NCBI GenBank assembly: GCA_000697335.1
Contig: JNEM01011165.1
Location: forward strand, 1 to 64,000
Reading direction: 5' to 3'
DNA: 64,000 nucleotides
Source of the DNA: Conidiobolus incongruus B7586
Taxonomy: Eukaryota
Shown here: piece by piece, positions 1 through 13,255 of the stretch
Layout: each line of letters starts with the position of its first letter
Numbering within the stretch: the stretch's first letter is position 1
Translations under genes and position numbers: made by a program
The notes under the pieces: model-generated
Database searches by the model: none
What the model was told of the DNA's origin: nothing
The model's input: the letters and a program-made list of their open reading frames with translations, nothing else

Positions 1-1154
1 AAAGCTATTATATCCAGTATATTCACCAAATTATAAGCTAAATAAATATAATTATTTTAAGTAATTATAAAATATATTTATAAGGACAAAAAAATTTATA
101 GATAAATTAAATTAATATATATAATATTATATTTTGTTTTTATAAAAAGAATTATTTTTTGGGTATTAAAAGCTTGCAAAAAAAATAAATAAAAAGTTAT
201 TAATAATAAAGAAAAATATTAATTATATATTATATAATAATTTTTATTTAATTATAGTTTTAAAATTATATTATTATTTTATCATTTTGTTAACAAATAA
301 CAAAATATTCGTCAAAATTATTTTTTAGATTATAATAAATTTTAATTAATTTTTTGTTTTAAAATGATTTACCTAATGATAAATAGTTAATTTGAATAGA
401 TCATTATCTTTATAAATTGTTTATAATTTTCAAATAATTTTAAAAAGTTTAAGATTAAGTTTTATAAATACTTAAATAAAAAACTTTTGATAATTATAAT
501 TAAAATATTATTAAAATTTATAATAATTTTTTAAAAAATTAAATTTTTAATATAAAAATATTATATAGATAGGTCAAACTTAGTATTTTCCAATCTATTA
601 TGTATATTTTTTTTCTGAAATTAATTATTTATTTGAAATAATAGAAATTAATTAATTTCCTATTTTTTTAATTATAATGTAAAAATTATCCTTAATAATT
701 GAATTGAATACTTTGATTAATATTGAATTTAGTAAATCCATTTTATTCAATATCATAGATTTTTATCAATATAAAGATTTGATATAAATATATAACAAAT
801 AATTTGGAATTATATCATTCTAAAACGTTTAATAATTGACTTTAATTAACTTTTACTTCAAATTTGTTCCTGAATTCAATTATAGTTTTAATTATTGAAT
901 CAAAAGCATTATATGAAATTTCAAATGTATTAAATTTCAATTTAAACCAAATAAATAAATAATTATAATTATTTATTATGTATTTTAATTGATTCCAAAA
1001 ATGGTTATTATATTTGTGAAATATTTTATAATTGTGAAAGAATATCTGTAGTATCAATAGTTAACAAAGTATTCATTAATTCACATCTAATTGTATAATT
1101 CAAAAGATTTTAAATAATGAAACTATTAAAATGCTTAAAGAAATGATCTAGTAG

Positions 1155-2102
1155 TTAAGGATGTCTAACTTCAATATTCGTTGTTGGCTTAGGCTGCAAA
1201 CTCCTAGGTAAAAACTCAGTTTTTATGGTACCATCCTTGGGATCTTCCCAAAGGCCTTGGAAGAGACGAAAGAGTGCCATAGTGGCTTGTGCATCTTCCA
1301 CGGAACTGTGATCAGCTGTCTGGATTTCAATATCGAGGAAATTGTACGCTAGAGTCTTCAAACTTGGAGATTTGTTCAAATTAGCTAGTAAGAGAGGACG
1401 GAATTTGGCTGTGTCTCGGATTTGAACGTAAGGATGGTTATCTAAATGAAGAACCTGGCTAAAGGGTTAGTAAAGTAAATATAATATCAAAGGATGTGAG
1501 AATTACTTTAAGATCGGATTTGATAGAGTGACCAACAATAATTTTATCTTTGCAAATTTGCTTCACTTGTTCTAATACTTGATCTATATCAGGTGCTAAT
1601 AGAACATTAATAAATGATTCATTTAATATTAGTTTCAAATTTACCATTCTCCAAATGACTCGCTTCGATACCACTGACAAAAGTTCGATAATCAGTAACG
1701 GGAACTTTAGGGTTGACAAAAGTATCCAAAATAACGTGACCGTAATAATTGACCATAGAAACTCTTCCAAGTACAGAATTTTTACCTTTGTTTCCAGTGC
1801 CTACCATTTCACAATCTATGGAGATATATTTGCCAACGCTATACAATTATTAATATTATTGAATTAAAAAATTTAACAAATCATTACTCTTTAATTAGAT
1901 CCTCTTTATCGAGTTGATCTCCAATTAATAGTGATTTTAAATACAAATTCGCAGAAGTTTTCTTACATGGTAATTCCTTTTCTAATCTATTTAAAAATCA
2001 TGGTTAATCAAAATATATTGTATAATATAAACTGATTTTATACTTTTTGTAGAGCTGGACCAATTCTTCGTGTATTAAAATTTTACGTACTTTGGTACTC
2101 AT
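1155..2102 (-). CDS. REX4: RNA exonuclease 4 (DEDDh 3'-5' exonuclease), multi-exon
   Basis: Exon translations give ISIDCEMVG (Exo I), IIVGHSIKSDLK (Exo II) and HSSVEDAQATM (Exo III). The ATG at 2102 splices in frame through GT-AG introns to the catalytic exons. The start is less certain than the core. Confidence 0.9.
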
Positions 2103-2529
2103 TAATTCTATCATCTATTTTGATTGTTAGTTTTAAGTGATTTAAGTTTTTGATTGGTGTTACCTTTTTTAATTGTTGATACCCTTCTATTAACGTCATC
2201 TAATTAAATATATAAATTAGTATATTATAAAATATTATATTTCAAGTTGATTAATAATGAAATTTGGGTGTTTGTTTAAGGTGATCAAGATTGTTTAAAG
2301 AATTTAATTGTTGAAAAAGTTGAAATTTTGAATAATTTAATCTTATATCAAATGTATAAATAGTATTAAAATTGAGATCAATAATCGAAATAATTGGATT
2401 AAGCTTAAGATAAAAAATAATGAATAATATTAATTCATTTGCGAAAAATTGGGAACGATTTAATCTGATCATATCAATTGAATTATAGGGATATCGATTA
2501 TAATTTAATAAAATATTTCATTGAATTAA

Positions 2530-2815
2530 ATATATAGAGTCTTCCAGTAATCAAATGAAAATTGAAAAATTACCTTCATATTGTTTTTATGTTTAAAAGT
2601 CAACACTTCCGAATTACTAATCTTGGATTGTAATACCAGTTTCAGCTATATCAAATAATTAATATTGAATATTAATAGTTTAGTCTGATATATACCATTT
2701 CTTCTTTTTGGTCATCTTGTACAATTTGAGGTTTGGATTTTTTAAAATTATTGTAGGGTTTTTTACGAAGCTGAGGGTTTAAAGACTGTTGATAATTGTA
2801 GGATTTTTTACCCAT
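2530..2815 (-). CDS. Possible small spliced hypothetical gene; 3' end unresolved
   Basis: ATG at 2815 opens MGKKSYNYQQSLNPQLRKKPYNNFKKSKPQIVQDDQKEEM, then a GTATAT..ATAG intron, then in-frame LKLVLQSKISNSEVLTFKHKNNMK and a possible GTAATT donor. No family recognised. Confidence 0.3.
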
Positions 2816-3288
2816 TATTGCTTATTGTTTTATCGATTTTATTTTTTTAGGAAGATATTGATAAATCGCCAGTTTGAAAAATTACTGAAGGGATTTAAGT
2901 ATTATTATTTTTCATTTTAGAATTATGGGTCAATATTGAGAGTCGGTTTTATTAGTTATTTTTAATATTGAATCAAACTACAATGAAAAATTTAAAAATA
3001 GCTTAACTAAATCATTTCGATATGTAGATATATTCATAAATAAATTCATTAAACGATACATGCTTATTAATATATTTGAGAAATTACTTTTAACAACTAG
3101 TAAAAAATTATAACAAATTTGTTTTTAATAGTAATTGTATTATAAATAATTGATGAATCAAAAACACTATATAAATATATAATATATTGAATAGTATGAA
3201 AAACATTAACCAAGATCTGGTTACATGAAACTGATATTTCGACAATTCAATACTTAATACATTATATTTATTAAATACTATTCTCATA

Positions 3289-3712
3289 TTAAAAACCGAT
3301 TGGAGATTTTCTAGGATGAGGTAATTTGGTAAATTTGGGAACCTTATGAATAACTAAACGATGACCCTTAGTAGATTTGGAAAATACTGTGTACTTTTCC
3401 CTAGGACTCAATTCACTTTCAGTAGGGAGTTTTTTAAACTCTTCCTATATAAAATAAATTAATATTAAACATAATTGGTAATAAATGTATGAATTACTAA
3501 TCTACGACAAGTGTAGCCGGAATCAGATAAAGTTTTGACGACTTCGTCGACGTCCTTTAGACGTTTGCGTAAGTTAGCTTTGCGGCAAGAACTCATTTTC
3601 CATGGGTTTTTCCTAATTTTGGTTAATTTTTTACATCAAAGTATCATGAAATTATTTGTTACCATACTAAACCACCCAAAGCTGTTAAACTAGCTCTAAA
3701 GGGACCCAACAT
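3289..3712 (-). CDS. MRPL31: Mitochondrial ribosomal protein L31 (mL60), 3 exons; absent from the ORF track
   Basis: Manual splice: MLGPFRASLTALGGLVW/KNPWKMSSCRKANLRKRLKDVDEVVKTLSDSGYTCRRL/EEFKKLPTESELSPREKYTVFSKSTKGHRLVIHKVPKFTKLPHPRKSPIGF*. This matches the fungal mL60 pattern (GGLxWK.PW, PTE.E.xPxxKYT.F, HKxPKxT, PxGF). Confidence 0.9.
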
Positions 3713-4131
3713 TTTTAATTATTTATATTATAAATATTTTTATAAATTATATTATTTAGAAAATTAATTAAATATTTAAAGATTATTATTTTGTGAATTC
3801 TTTTTATGGGATTATGATTATTCACACTTTTAGGAGATTATTTTCTCTTTATTCTAAATTAAGTTTTAACAATTATAATTTTAATGTAATTCCGGAATAT
3901 TGTTATATTATTTCAATCAAATCAATCCAACTTAATATTAATTTAATTTTTTTTTGAAACTAACTATTTATTCTGATCAATGTAAATTTTAATTATTTTT
4001 GCTAATAAGCCTCATTAATAATAAAACTCCTAATCCCACAATTTTTTTCAAAAACCAATTATCAACAATAAATTCACTTTAATATCCAATTCATTTCCAA
4101 CTATCAATTAAAATCAAATTAAATAAAAAAA

Positions 4132-4512
4132 ATGGGATATTTCTTCAGTAAACCAGAACCCGAACCAACTCCCGAAGAATTAAAAATTCAACAAATTGAA
4201 CAATTCGAAAAAACCGCTTACGAGCGTACCAACCAACTCGTTGAAGAATTTCCATCTCAAGTTGAAAATTTTTTAACTAAATATCCTAATGCTCAACCCG
4301 AAGATGAAGAATTTGTGAAATCTAAAACCAAGTTAGAAGAAACACACGCTAAAATCAGCGAACTATTGTTACAGATGCTGTTTAAGATTGACGGTGTGGA
4401 ATGCACGGATATGCCAGAAGTCAAAGACAGAAGGAAACAAGCAGTTAAAAGTATTCAAAAAATTTTGACTGAGTCTGATCAGCTTTGGGATAAGGTGAAG
4501 AAATTGAATTAA
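4132..4512 (+). CDS. Small BAG-domain (Hsp70 co-chaperone) protein with a possible N-myristoylation site
   Basis: C-terminal SELLLQMLFKIDGVECTDMPEVKDRRKQAVKSIQKIL fits the BAG consensus (ExLxxxLxxLDxV...RxxRKxxVxxIQ). N-terminus is MGYFFS (Gly2, Ser6). Confidence 0.8.
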   Translation: MGYFFSKPEPEPTPEELKIQQIEQFEKTAYERTNQLVEEFPSQVENFLTKYPNAQPEDEEFVKSKTKLEETHAKISELLLQMLFKIDGVECTDMPEVKDRRKQAVKSIQKILTESDQLWDKVKKLN

Positions 4513-5335
4513 TCAGATACATAATTACTTAATTAACCTAATGAATTTAAATATTTTTTGGATTTTAATCAAATAATTTAATTAATATAATAGTGTTATT
4601 AATATTACTATTATATCACTTTTTTATATTTCATTATCTGTTTTTAACAGTCAATGTAAATTTTTATATTCTCACATTTTTTAATTTGAACTTAAATGAT
4701 TTAATCTTCATTTTAATACTTTTATTGTGATCGATATGATTGGTTTATTCATCATAATATAATCCACTAGAATATATTTCGTTTATATTTTATTCTTTCA
4801 ACCATTTACCTCTATCATAATTTGATTCACAACTAATGCCTTTCATATTTCAATTGTTTATGAAATTTGTTACATTTGGAATTTTATTTCAATACTAACC
4901 AAGATATTCAACTCTTAAAAATATATTCAGTTTAACTTTTTTATTAGTGAACCAATCAACAATTAATTCAAAAAATATATAATATTCAATTTAAATATTA
5001 TCTAGAATTATGATTTTCCAAAAAAAAATCAAATGCTTGAATGAAAATCTTTTACTACTCCTTACTCCTTATCTTAATATTTCAATACCCATTCATTAAA
5101 TGTGGCAATTAATTTTAATCAGTTTACCAAGAAATTAATAATGTAAATTCCCACTAATTAAGAAATTTATTTAAATATCAAGTCTCAACTATTCAATATC
5201 ATTATAACTTTCTTCAATAATTAAAATTATAAAAAATAATATAACATTCTAAATATTAATTCATTTTATTAATAGTATTTAAGATTATTTATATATAATA
5301 GAAACAAAATTTATCAAATTGAATAAAATTCAATA

Positions 5336-7818
5336 ATGATAAAGCGACGAAATGCTAATACCCAATTACATCCCTCTGAGGATAAGGAATGGAATAAAGA
5401 GTTGATGGATATTCCCATAACTAACAAAAAAGAAGTTGATAAATTGCCCAATGGTCACAATAGGTTACCACCACTAGGTAATGAAGTGTTTTTATCAGAC
5501 CCTGACGACATTCTACATAAGAAATCCGATGATATCAAGGGCGTTGAATTGAGTGAACTTAAACCTAAGGTAACGTATATAACTTTTTTGATATTTTATA
5601 TAAATCTAATTGGTGTTTGATAGATGCAAGGGCCAAATTATAATACAATAAAATATAGTGTAATAATAATAACTTTATTAGCAATGGTTACTAGATATTA
5701 TGCAATTGGTAGAGCTAACAAACCTATTTGGGATGAGGTAATATCAAATTATATATATAAATATTCATTATATTAAATAATTTTGCGTTGACTATATTTA
5801 GGTACATTTTGGCAAGGTATAAATTAATTTAGTGTAAATTAGACAATTGTGCTGATTGATATATTTAGTTTGGATCTCACTATCTCAAAGGATCTTTCTA
5901 TCATGATGTACATCCCCCACTTGGCAAGATGTTAGTTGGAGTGGGTGGTAAAATAGCAGGTTACGACGGTCGTTTCAGTTTCGAGAGTGAAGACTATCCA
6001 GAGGGTATGAGGTACTGGATCATGAGGGCATGGTTAGCCACTTTTGGCATCTTAATTATCCCACTCGCTTATTGGACATCTTTGGAATTGGGTATGTCAC
6101 ATTATGCTGCACTGTTGGTGAGTTGGTTTATTATCTTTGATAATGGTTTCACTGTGATTTCCAAGTTTATTCTATTGGATACTACGTTATTATTATTCAC
6201 TGCTACTTCGTTACACTGTTTGGTAATGTTTCATAATCAGAGAAAGCGTCCATTTTCAAGAAATTGGTGGCTGTGGCTCATTTGTAGTGGTTTATCAATT
6301 GGTGCAGTTTCTAGTACCAAGTGGATTGGACTGTTTTCAGTCACTTTAATTGGTCTTTACACCATCAGAGACCTGTGGGCGAAGACTGGAGACTTAAAGA
6401 TGCGATTCGCAACTTATTCTAGCCACTGGCTTGCAAGGATTCTCTGCCTCATTATCCTTCCAGCCAGTTTCTATGTTCTGATGTTTAAGATTCATTTTGG
6501 TATACTTAACAGAACTGGACCTGATGATGGTACTCTCAGCTCCTTATTCCAATATGGGTTAACAGGTTCTGATCTTCAAGATGATCCTTTACTACTCGCC
6601 ATGGGCGCCAATGTCACAATTCGAGGCAACTTCCTCGATTCTGGCTTACTCCACTCTCATGATCACGAGTATCCTGAGTACAGTAAAGAGCAGCAGATCA
6701 CCAATTATCGATTTAAGGACGAGAACAATATCTTCACAGTTGTTCCATCGTATAGTACTTACGATCCAGATAAAGAAGTCCAATACATTTCCAGCGATAT
6801 TCAGGTCCGTCTTCGTCACAACGCTACTGGAAAGTATTTGCGTGTGTGGACTGACTGGGATACTCCTGTGAGCGGTGCTAGAGGTTATCATGTGAGTGCA
6901 GCTGGTTCTGATAACGTTACAGAATTACGCGATTTATGGCTCTTCGACATTTACGATGATCTCAACCTTAAGCACAAACCACAGTATGTCCACAGTCTCA
7001 CTACACGATTCCAATTACGCCACGCTGAAACCGGCTGCTTATTAGCATCAAGCGATCGTCGCCTCCCAAGCTGGGGATTCGACCAACTTGAAGTTTGGTG
7101 CGAGAAGAACACCAATTCCAACGCACTTGAAACCCTGTGGAATATTGAGTGGAATCGACACGAGAAGCTGCCACCAGCACCTCCTCGCAAGTTCAAACCA
7201 GCATTTTGGCGCGACTTATTCCGTATCAATCACGCAATGTGGAGTGACAACAACAATTTGCGACCCGACGAAGATCGTGACGATCCTTTGACAAGTCAAC
7301 CTTACCACTGGCCACTCATGCTCCATACTATCCACATGTGTGGCTGGGGCGATAATGAGATCAAGTTCCTGATGATTGGTAACCCTATCGTCTGGTGGGC
7401 ATCTACAATCTCACTCATTATTCACATATTCCTCCTCATCTATTATCAAGTCCGCATGCGTCGGGGCGTTCGCGAATGGGTGAAGAAAGATTGGGAAAAG
7501 TTTGAATTTTTTGGTCACACACTCCTACTTGGCTGGGTTCTCCATTTTGTCCCCTTCTACATAATGGGACGAGTACTCTACTTCCATCATTATTTTCCAG
7601 CGCTATATTTTGCAGTGATCAATTTGGGTTTTATCCTAGATTTTGTACTGGTTAGATTAAACAAATCGTCCCAAAGAAAACTTGTAATAGCGATTATGCT
7701 GGTGGTTTTCCTAATATTTTGGTATTTTAGTCCACTTACTTATGGTTACACCAAGCCCAGTATAGATTTGAAAGGACGTAAATGGTTAAGCAGTTGGAGA
7801 GTTTATGGAAATGAATAA
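5336..7818 (+). CDS. PMT2: Dolichyl-phosphate-mannose protein O-mannosyltransferase, PMT2 subfamily; exons 5336-5569, 5624-5737, 5802-5816, 5869-7818
   Basis: Spliced PIWDE/VHFGK/FGSHYLKGSFYHDVHPPLGKMLVG signature, MIR domains (LLHSH, FQLRH) and C-terminal MGRVLYFHHYFPAL. Confidence 0.92.
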
Positions 7819-10794
7819 TCTTAATTTTCCAAATTTTTAAATTAATCTCATTTTTTTTATATTTAAAATCGTCTATAAATCTATAATTTTATATTCAATA
7901 TTATTTGAAAAATTTCACTAAGATAACATTTTTTAATACAGTAAAGCTCATTTTTAAATATCTATATAATATTTCTCACTTGGTTTGATTTTCCTTATAA
8001 AAATAATGGAGTTATGTCTTTATGCCAACTATTGAACAACTAAAATTCATGTTTCAAAGATGGCAACCAATAATAGTTCAATTAGATAGAATTTTATATA
8101 ATTCAAACCCAGAAATATAATTTTCAAAAAAGCAATTATAAGCTCAATTATCCAAACTCTTTACATACAACAATAAGATAAATAGATTGGAAAATATTCT
8201 AGAAATCATCGTACAGAGATTCATCAGTTTTCAATATTACAAACTACCAATCATACAATATTGAATTAAAATTTTACTAATCGCAAAACTTGGGATTAGG
8301 TCATTTTTATTCAAAGGGATTTATGATTTTTGACTTAAGATCAATTTGGGATTATTTCTCAGCTATATAAATTAATACACTATAATCTCCTTATTCTAAT
8401 CCTCATACTAGTATGTTGATACCTCTTCATTCCAGTATTTGCTCTGATATTTATATATAAGCACATTATCTCTTCCTCAACTGGAATTCAAGCTTTGTCC
8501 AAAACGTTCAATATAAATTTTTTAAATTACATCTTTTTCTCCATTTGAATATATTAACATAATCATCTAGATCGACTTGGTATATGTAAATTTTCTATAA
8601 TAGTATATGCTTTAGTCAATTGACAAGATGATATTAAGGTATTTGATAATTTTTATAATGTTATTTTATATTTATCAAATAACATTTGATATGTAATATT
8701 ATTATTTTTCATAATCAATATTATATTTCAAATCTATTTATATTTTTAAATTATATTATTAATGATTGAAAGTGTTAACTTAGAATAATAAGTACTATTC
8801 TAACTATCTTTTAGTAAGTTGATGCTCAATATACATTTTGTCTTTGAAAGCAGATTCAATAAATTGCAAGAATTTAGGAAATTAACCAGGATTAGCAATT
8901 GATCAAATGTTGTATTGAATTTTTGATATTTACTTATAAAAGAATTATTTACGTTTAAATCATCCAACTTTTTAATATAATAATTAATAAAATATTTTAA
9001 TTTATGTGTTCAAACATTATATTATTAATACCAATTAATAACCTGACAATTTAATCTTTTGTAAATTTAACAATTGGATTAATTAAAAATGATTAAATTA
9101 TAATATGTAGAGTAAATTTATCATATCATATAATTTAATTTCGCAAACAATATATAATAGAATAATTTATCATATTTAATGATATTTATGTTAATAGTAT
9201 ATAAAAGGTCAATATAAAAGCAAAATGTTCTATTAAAAAACAATTTTGTAATTGATTGAATGATTGTTATACAATATAATTAAATCATAACCAATTAAAA
9301 CAATGTGATATTAATGTAAATCCATTCACACCAACCAAAACAACATTATTTATTATTTCAAATAAATTTATACTAACCTCAGCTTATTTTCTATATGTTG
9401 ATATTATGAATCTTAATTATATCATATTTTGCTTCAACAATATTATCCTTTAACTTATAAACTTTTTCATAAATATTTGTATAATGTAATTAAAAATAAA
9501 ATCAATCACAGAATATATAAAAGCTGAGCATTGAAAAATAAAGATAGCCACATAAACATTTTATAAAAATATATTATTTAGTCATATATCCAATTATATA
9601 AAATCTGAAAAATTTATTAATAAAAAACTCTAAATAATTAATAATATTAAAGCATTTTTTATATAATCCTTACAGCAAATATCGGTTTTGAATCAATAAA
9701 TAAACATATGATATATTAAAGTTATTTTATGAATAGAGACATTTTTAGAAAATTCTATTTAATATAAAGTTAAAAATTTACAAAATATTATATTAATATT
9801 CCATCCTTGTCTTAATATTTCGTAAAATAGATTTTGTAATATGCCTAAAATAAATAAAGGTATTATCATCAAAATAAATGCACATAATATATGTATATAC
9901 AAGGCTGTCAAAATAATTAATATAAATATGATTAAAAGTGGTTTATAATTTGAAATTAGAGTTAATGTATATCAAAAGATATTTGCTGATAGTAAAAACA
10001 ATATCTTGAGATATTTTATTATAGTATTAATTATGTATTGATTCAATGTATTAGAAATATTTATATTAGGATAAAAGTTGAAATAGTAACAAAATTGAAA
10101 AATACCATAAAATCAAACTTAAAATGTTTTTAATTGAATTTACTTTTATTATTTTCATAAGAAACTATATTATAATAGTATCAATGAAAATTGATAAATA
10201 GTTTGATCAATAATTATCACTTAAGAAATTACATTTAATTGACAAAATGTGAGTAAATATATAAAAATCACATTTTGGTATTTTTGATTTAGAGAATTGA
10301 AAGACTTTGATATTTAAATGGGATTGATCAATAAAGCACAACTAATGAACATAATGAATACTTGAAAAATAATATAATATTTTATGAAAAATTTATTAGT
10401 AGTATTTATATAAAAATTAAAATATTTTACAATATGAATATAAATTAATTGTTAACACAATTATTTTAATAATGGAAAAAATGGTTGAATATTATTGGAA
10501 TTGTTATACACAGTTTATAGATTATTATAAAAATATCTGTAAATATATACTGAATAATATTATAATCTGATAATGTTATGTAAATATATAATAAATTGTG
10601 TTATTATTCTAAATTATATTCAATATAATAAAATCATACTTTGTATTATAATGCCAATGTGAATTTTGAAATTTAAGTTAATTTTAATTTTATGTGCAAA
10701 TTTCATTTATTATTGTTTAGTGAATTAATAGTTTAAGATTTTATGAAATAAATTAATGAAAAATAATGTCTATAATATTTCTATTTTATAATTA

Positions 10795-12646
10795 CTAAGG
10801 TTGATCATTCGTACTTTTATCAAAGTCTTCAGTTTTGCTATTGCTAAGATTAGGTTTTTTATCCTGTCTATCATCGACTAATTGCAAACTCCATTTTCTA
10901 TTGTATTGAACTTGCTTACGATGCGATCTTGATTTGATATGAGCTTCCCACTCTTGATCTCCGTTTAAAATTACTGGAGGTACCAATTTACCAGTCTTAT
11001 TATCTATTCTTCTGCTACATTCCTCACATATGCGTTTCTTCCAGCCAAGGAAAGTAGGGCCAGATTTGGATATGTCTTTGGACTCCATGAATTTTTGAGC
11101 AGTAGAATTAAGAGTGATGGGATCAGGAAGTGTTTCATTATTTAAAAATTCTGAAAGTAATATTTGAGCATTGGATATAATTATATAAATTGAATTTTAA
11201 TTACTTTGAGCGATGTCAGTAGCTTGATCCAGTACATTTTCTTTCCATTTAGTCAAGTCTATTAATTTGATCGATTAATTCAATATTATAAAAATTAATT
11301 TGATTCGATTACCAGTTGCATCTAATAAATAGATATTAACATGATTGTCTTCAACTGATTGATCCCGTGCTTGGAGTTTGAAATGAAGTGGTAGGATTTG
11401 GTGTTGGATCCACTTCACCTGACGTTTAGCATACCTTCTGGTCTGCGTTTTCATCGTAGCTAGCCCATGTTGTTTGAGATTTTCCAATCTATTAATCTGT
11501 TAATCATTGCTAAATTATTAAAATTCATATTATGTTACTGTTTATTGATTTCTTCTTCATTTTGAGTTTCCGAAGCATCATTTGGCTTATATTTGAGATT
11601 GAGATATTCTTCAAATGCTTTGAATCCTGATTTACCAATTGATCAATAATTTAATAAACTAAGAAATATAAAATGAAGCACCTATTGATTGTTTAATTCC
11701 CTTTTCAAAATCGTCGGGATTCCCTGGCATATTGATAAGCTCTCTCTTAAGTTGGTCGAGTTCATCGAATAAGCCTTGCTATTAACATGTTAGTTTATAT
11801 GGTAATAGCATTATGCTCATATGTGTACCTTAACCATTTCATCAACCCTGCTATTCAACCTCTCATCCAAAACTGGCTTATCGGCGAACAGCCAAAAAAT
11901 CAAAGTTGGAAAACGAACAATCTCTTCCGATTCATGATCTTCCTGTTGCTCCAAGAACCAATCCGATTGCTTTTTATTAGTGGTGTAAAATACTTCCAAA
12001 CTGCGGATCACTTTGCGTCTATCATTGGGATGCCAATGAGCTGCCATTTCCGGATCGACTTCTTCTAATGCGGCGTACAACTCTTCATTTGTCATTGTTT
12101 CCATTTTACTTAAGAATGGATGGGTTTTGTTTCCTGTGGTTTCTGGTTTTGATTCAATAGGGATTTGGCGAGTGTCCCATATTAGAGATTGAAGGTAATA
12201 GTGAGTGCCTCCCACTAAGATTGGGAGTTTTTTATTATTGTGTAAATCATCAATCTAGGTAGATTAGTGTTAAATAAAATCACCATTAAAATGAAAAAAA
12301 AAATTACTTTATCCAAAGCCAATTTAACAAAATCTTTAACATTGTACTCCTCATTGATATCAATACAATCCAATAAATGATGAGGAATTCCTTCGGATTC
12401 TGACTCTGTTACCTTATTAGTAATAATTGGATATCCTTTATACATCTATCGTTATTAATACTAAGATATATTGGATCAATAAATTGAAATTACTTGCATA
12501 GCGTCAGCATTGATTACTTCACCATTAAGTTTTTTACTAAGCTCTATTCCTAATTTAGATTTGCCTACCCCAGTAGTTCCCATAACGGCTATAATTGGTT
12601 TGGGTAGCATTTTTATTTTTGTTAATTTATTTAAATGTTTTAACAT
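10795..12646 (-). CDS. MOD5: tRNA dimethylallyltransferase (IPP transferase), multi-exon, with two in-frame AUGs (12646 and 12610)
   Basis: [13 protein letters not shown]-loop, [49 protein letters not shown] and a C-terminal [14 protein letters not shown] zinc finger. Confidence 0.95.
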
Positions 12647-13183
12647 TTCTAATAATTTGAATTTATCACCAACTCAGGGTTAATTTAATTTAATTTATAT
12701 TGAGTTTATGGGAATAATTAGAATAAAATTAATATTTTTAGATATCAGATTGTAAAATGAATTGAAATTAATATTAGTTGGAAAATGAATTTTAGATTAG
12801 AGTGTATGAGTGTGATTTGAATAAGTTTCAATTAGTAATTTATTTATAATTGAATATTTCTATTGCTAGTATCTTGACGATAGTTGGATTAAATATCAAG
12901 CATTTTAGATTTATTACAAATTTTTATCATTATAAATTGTTAATAATTTCAATTAACTTCAATAAACACTAATAATAATTATTGAAATAAAATAAAATAA
13001 TAATGATTTATAATATTTTGAAATGTATATATGAACAACCAATATACAAGAAAAAATTAATTGAGAATTAATGAATAAATATAATTGGTTAAAAGTTAAG
13101 ATTTTGGTATAAGTGATTTAAATGTCATGAATACTAAATATATTTAAAAAATTGAGTTGTTGTGAACAAAATAAAAAAGAATT

Positions 13184-13255
13184 GGGCTCCAACGGGAATT
13201 GAACCCGTGACCTCCCGCACCCAAAGCGGGAATCATACCACTAGACCATGAAGCC
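13184..13255 (-). tRNA. tRNA-Pro(UGG)
   Basis: Reverse complement GGCTTCATGGTCTAGTGGTATGATTCCCGCTTTGGGTGCGGGAGGTCACGGGTTCAATTCCCGTTGGAGCCC folds into a cloverleaf with anticodon TGG. A T-run follows downstream. Confidence 0.95.

Noticed and set aside
842..1057. Short I/K/N/F/L-rich ORFs here and at 2251, 24578, 25247, 33615, 36714, 36807, 49526 and 50034
   Set aside because: Composition reflects AT-rich noncoding DNA; no domain or splice support.
6581..7291. Alternative-frame and antisense ORFs inside PMT2 (similar ones inside SNX41, the LPMOs, the elongase and the 57.8 kb gene)
   Set aside because: Shadow ORFs caused by the higher GC of real exons; no motifs.
12646..13255. tRNA gene next to the tRNA-modifying enzyme MOD5
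   Set aside because: tRNA-Pro(UGG) has G37 and is not an i6A37 substrate; the adjacency is likely coincidental.
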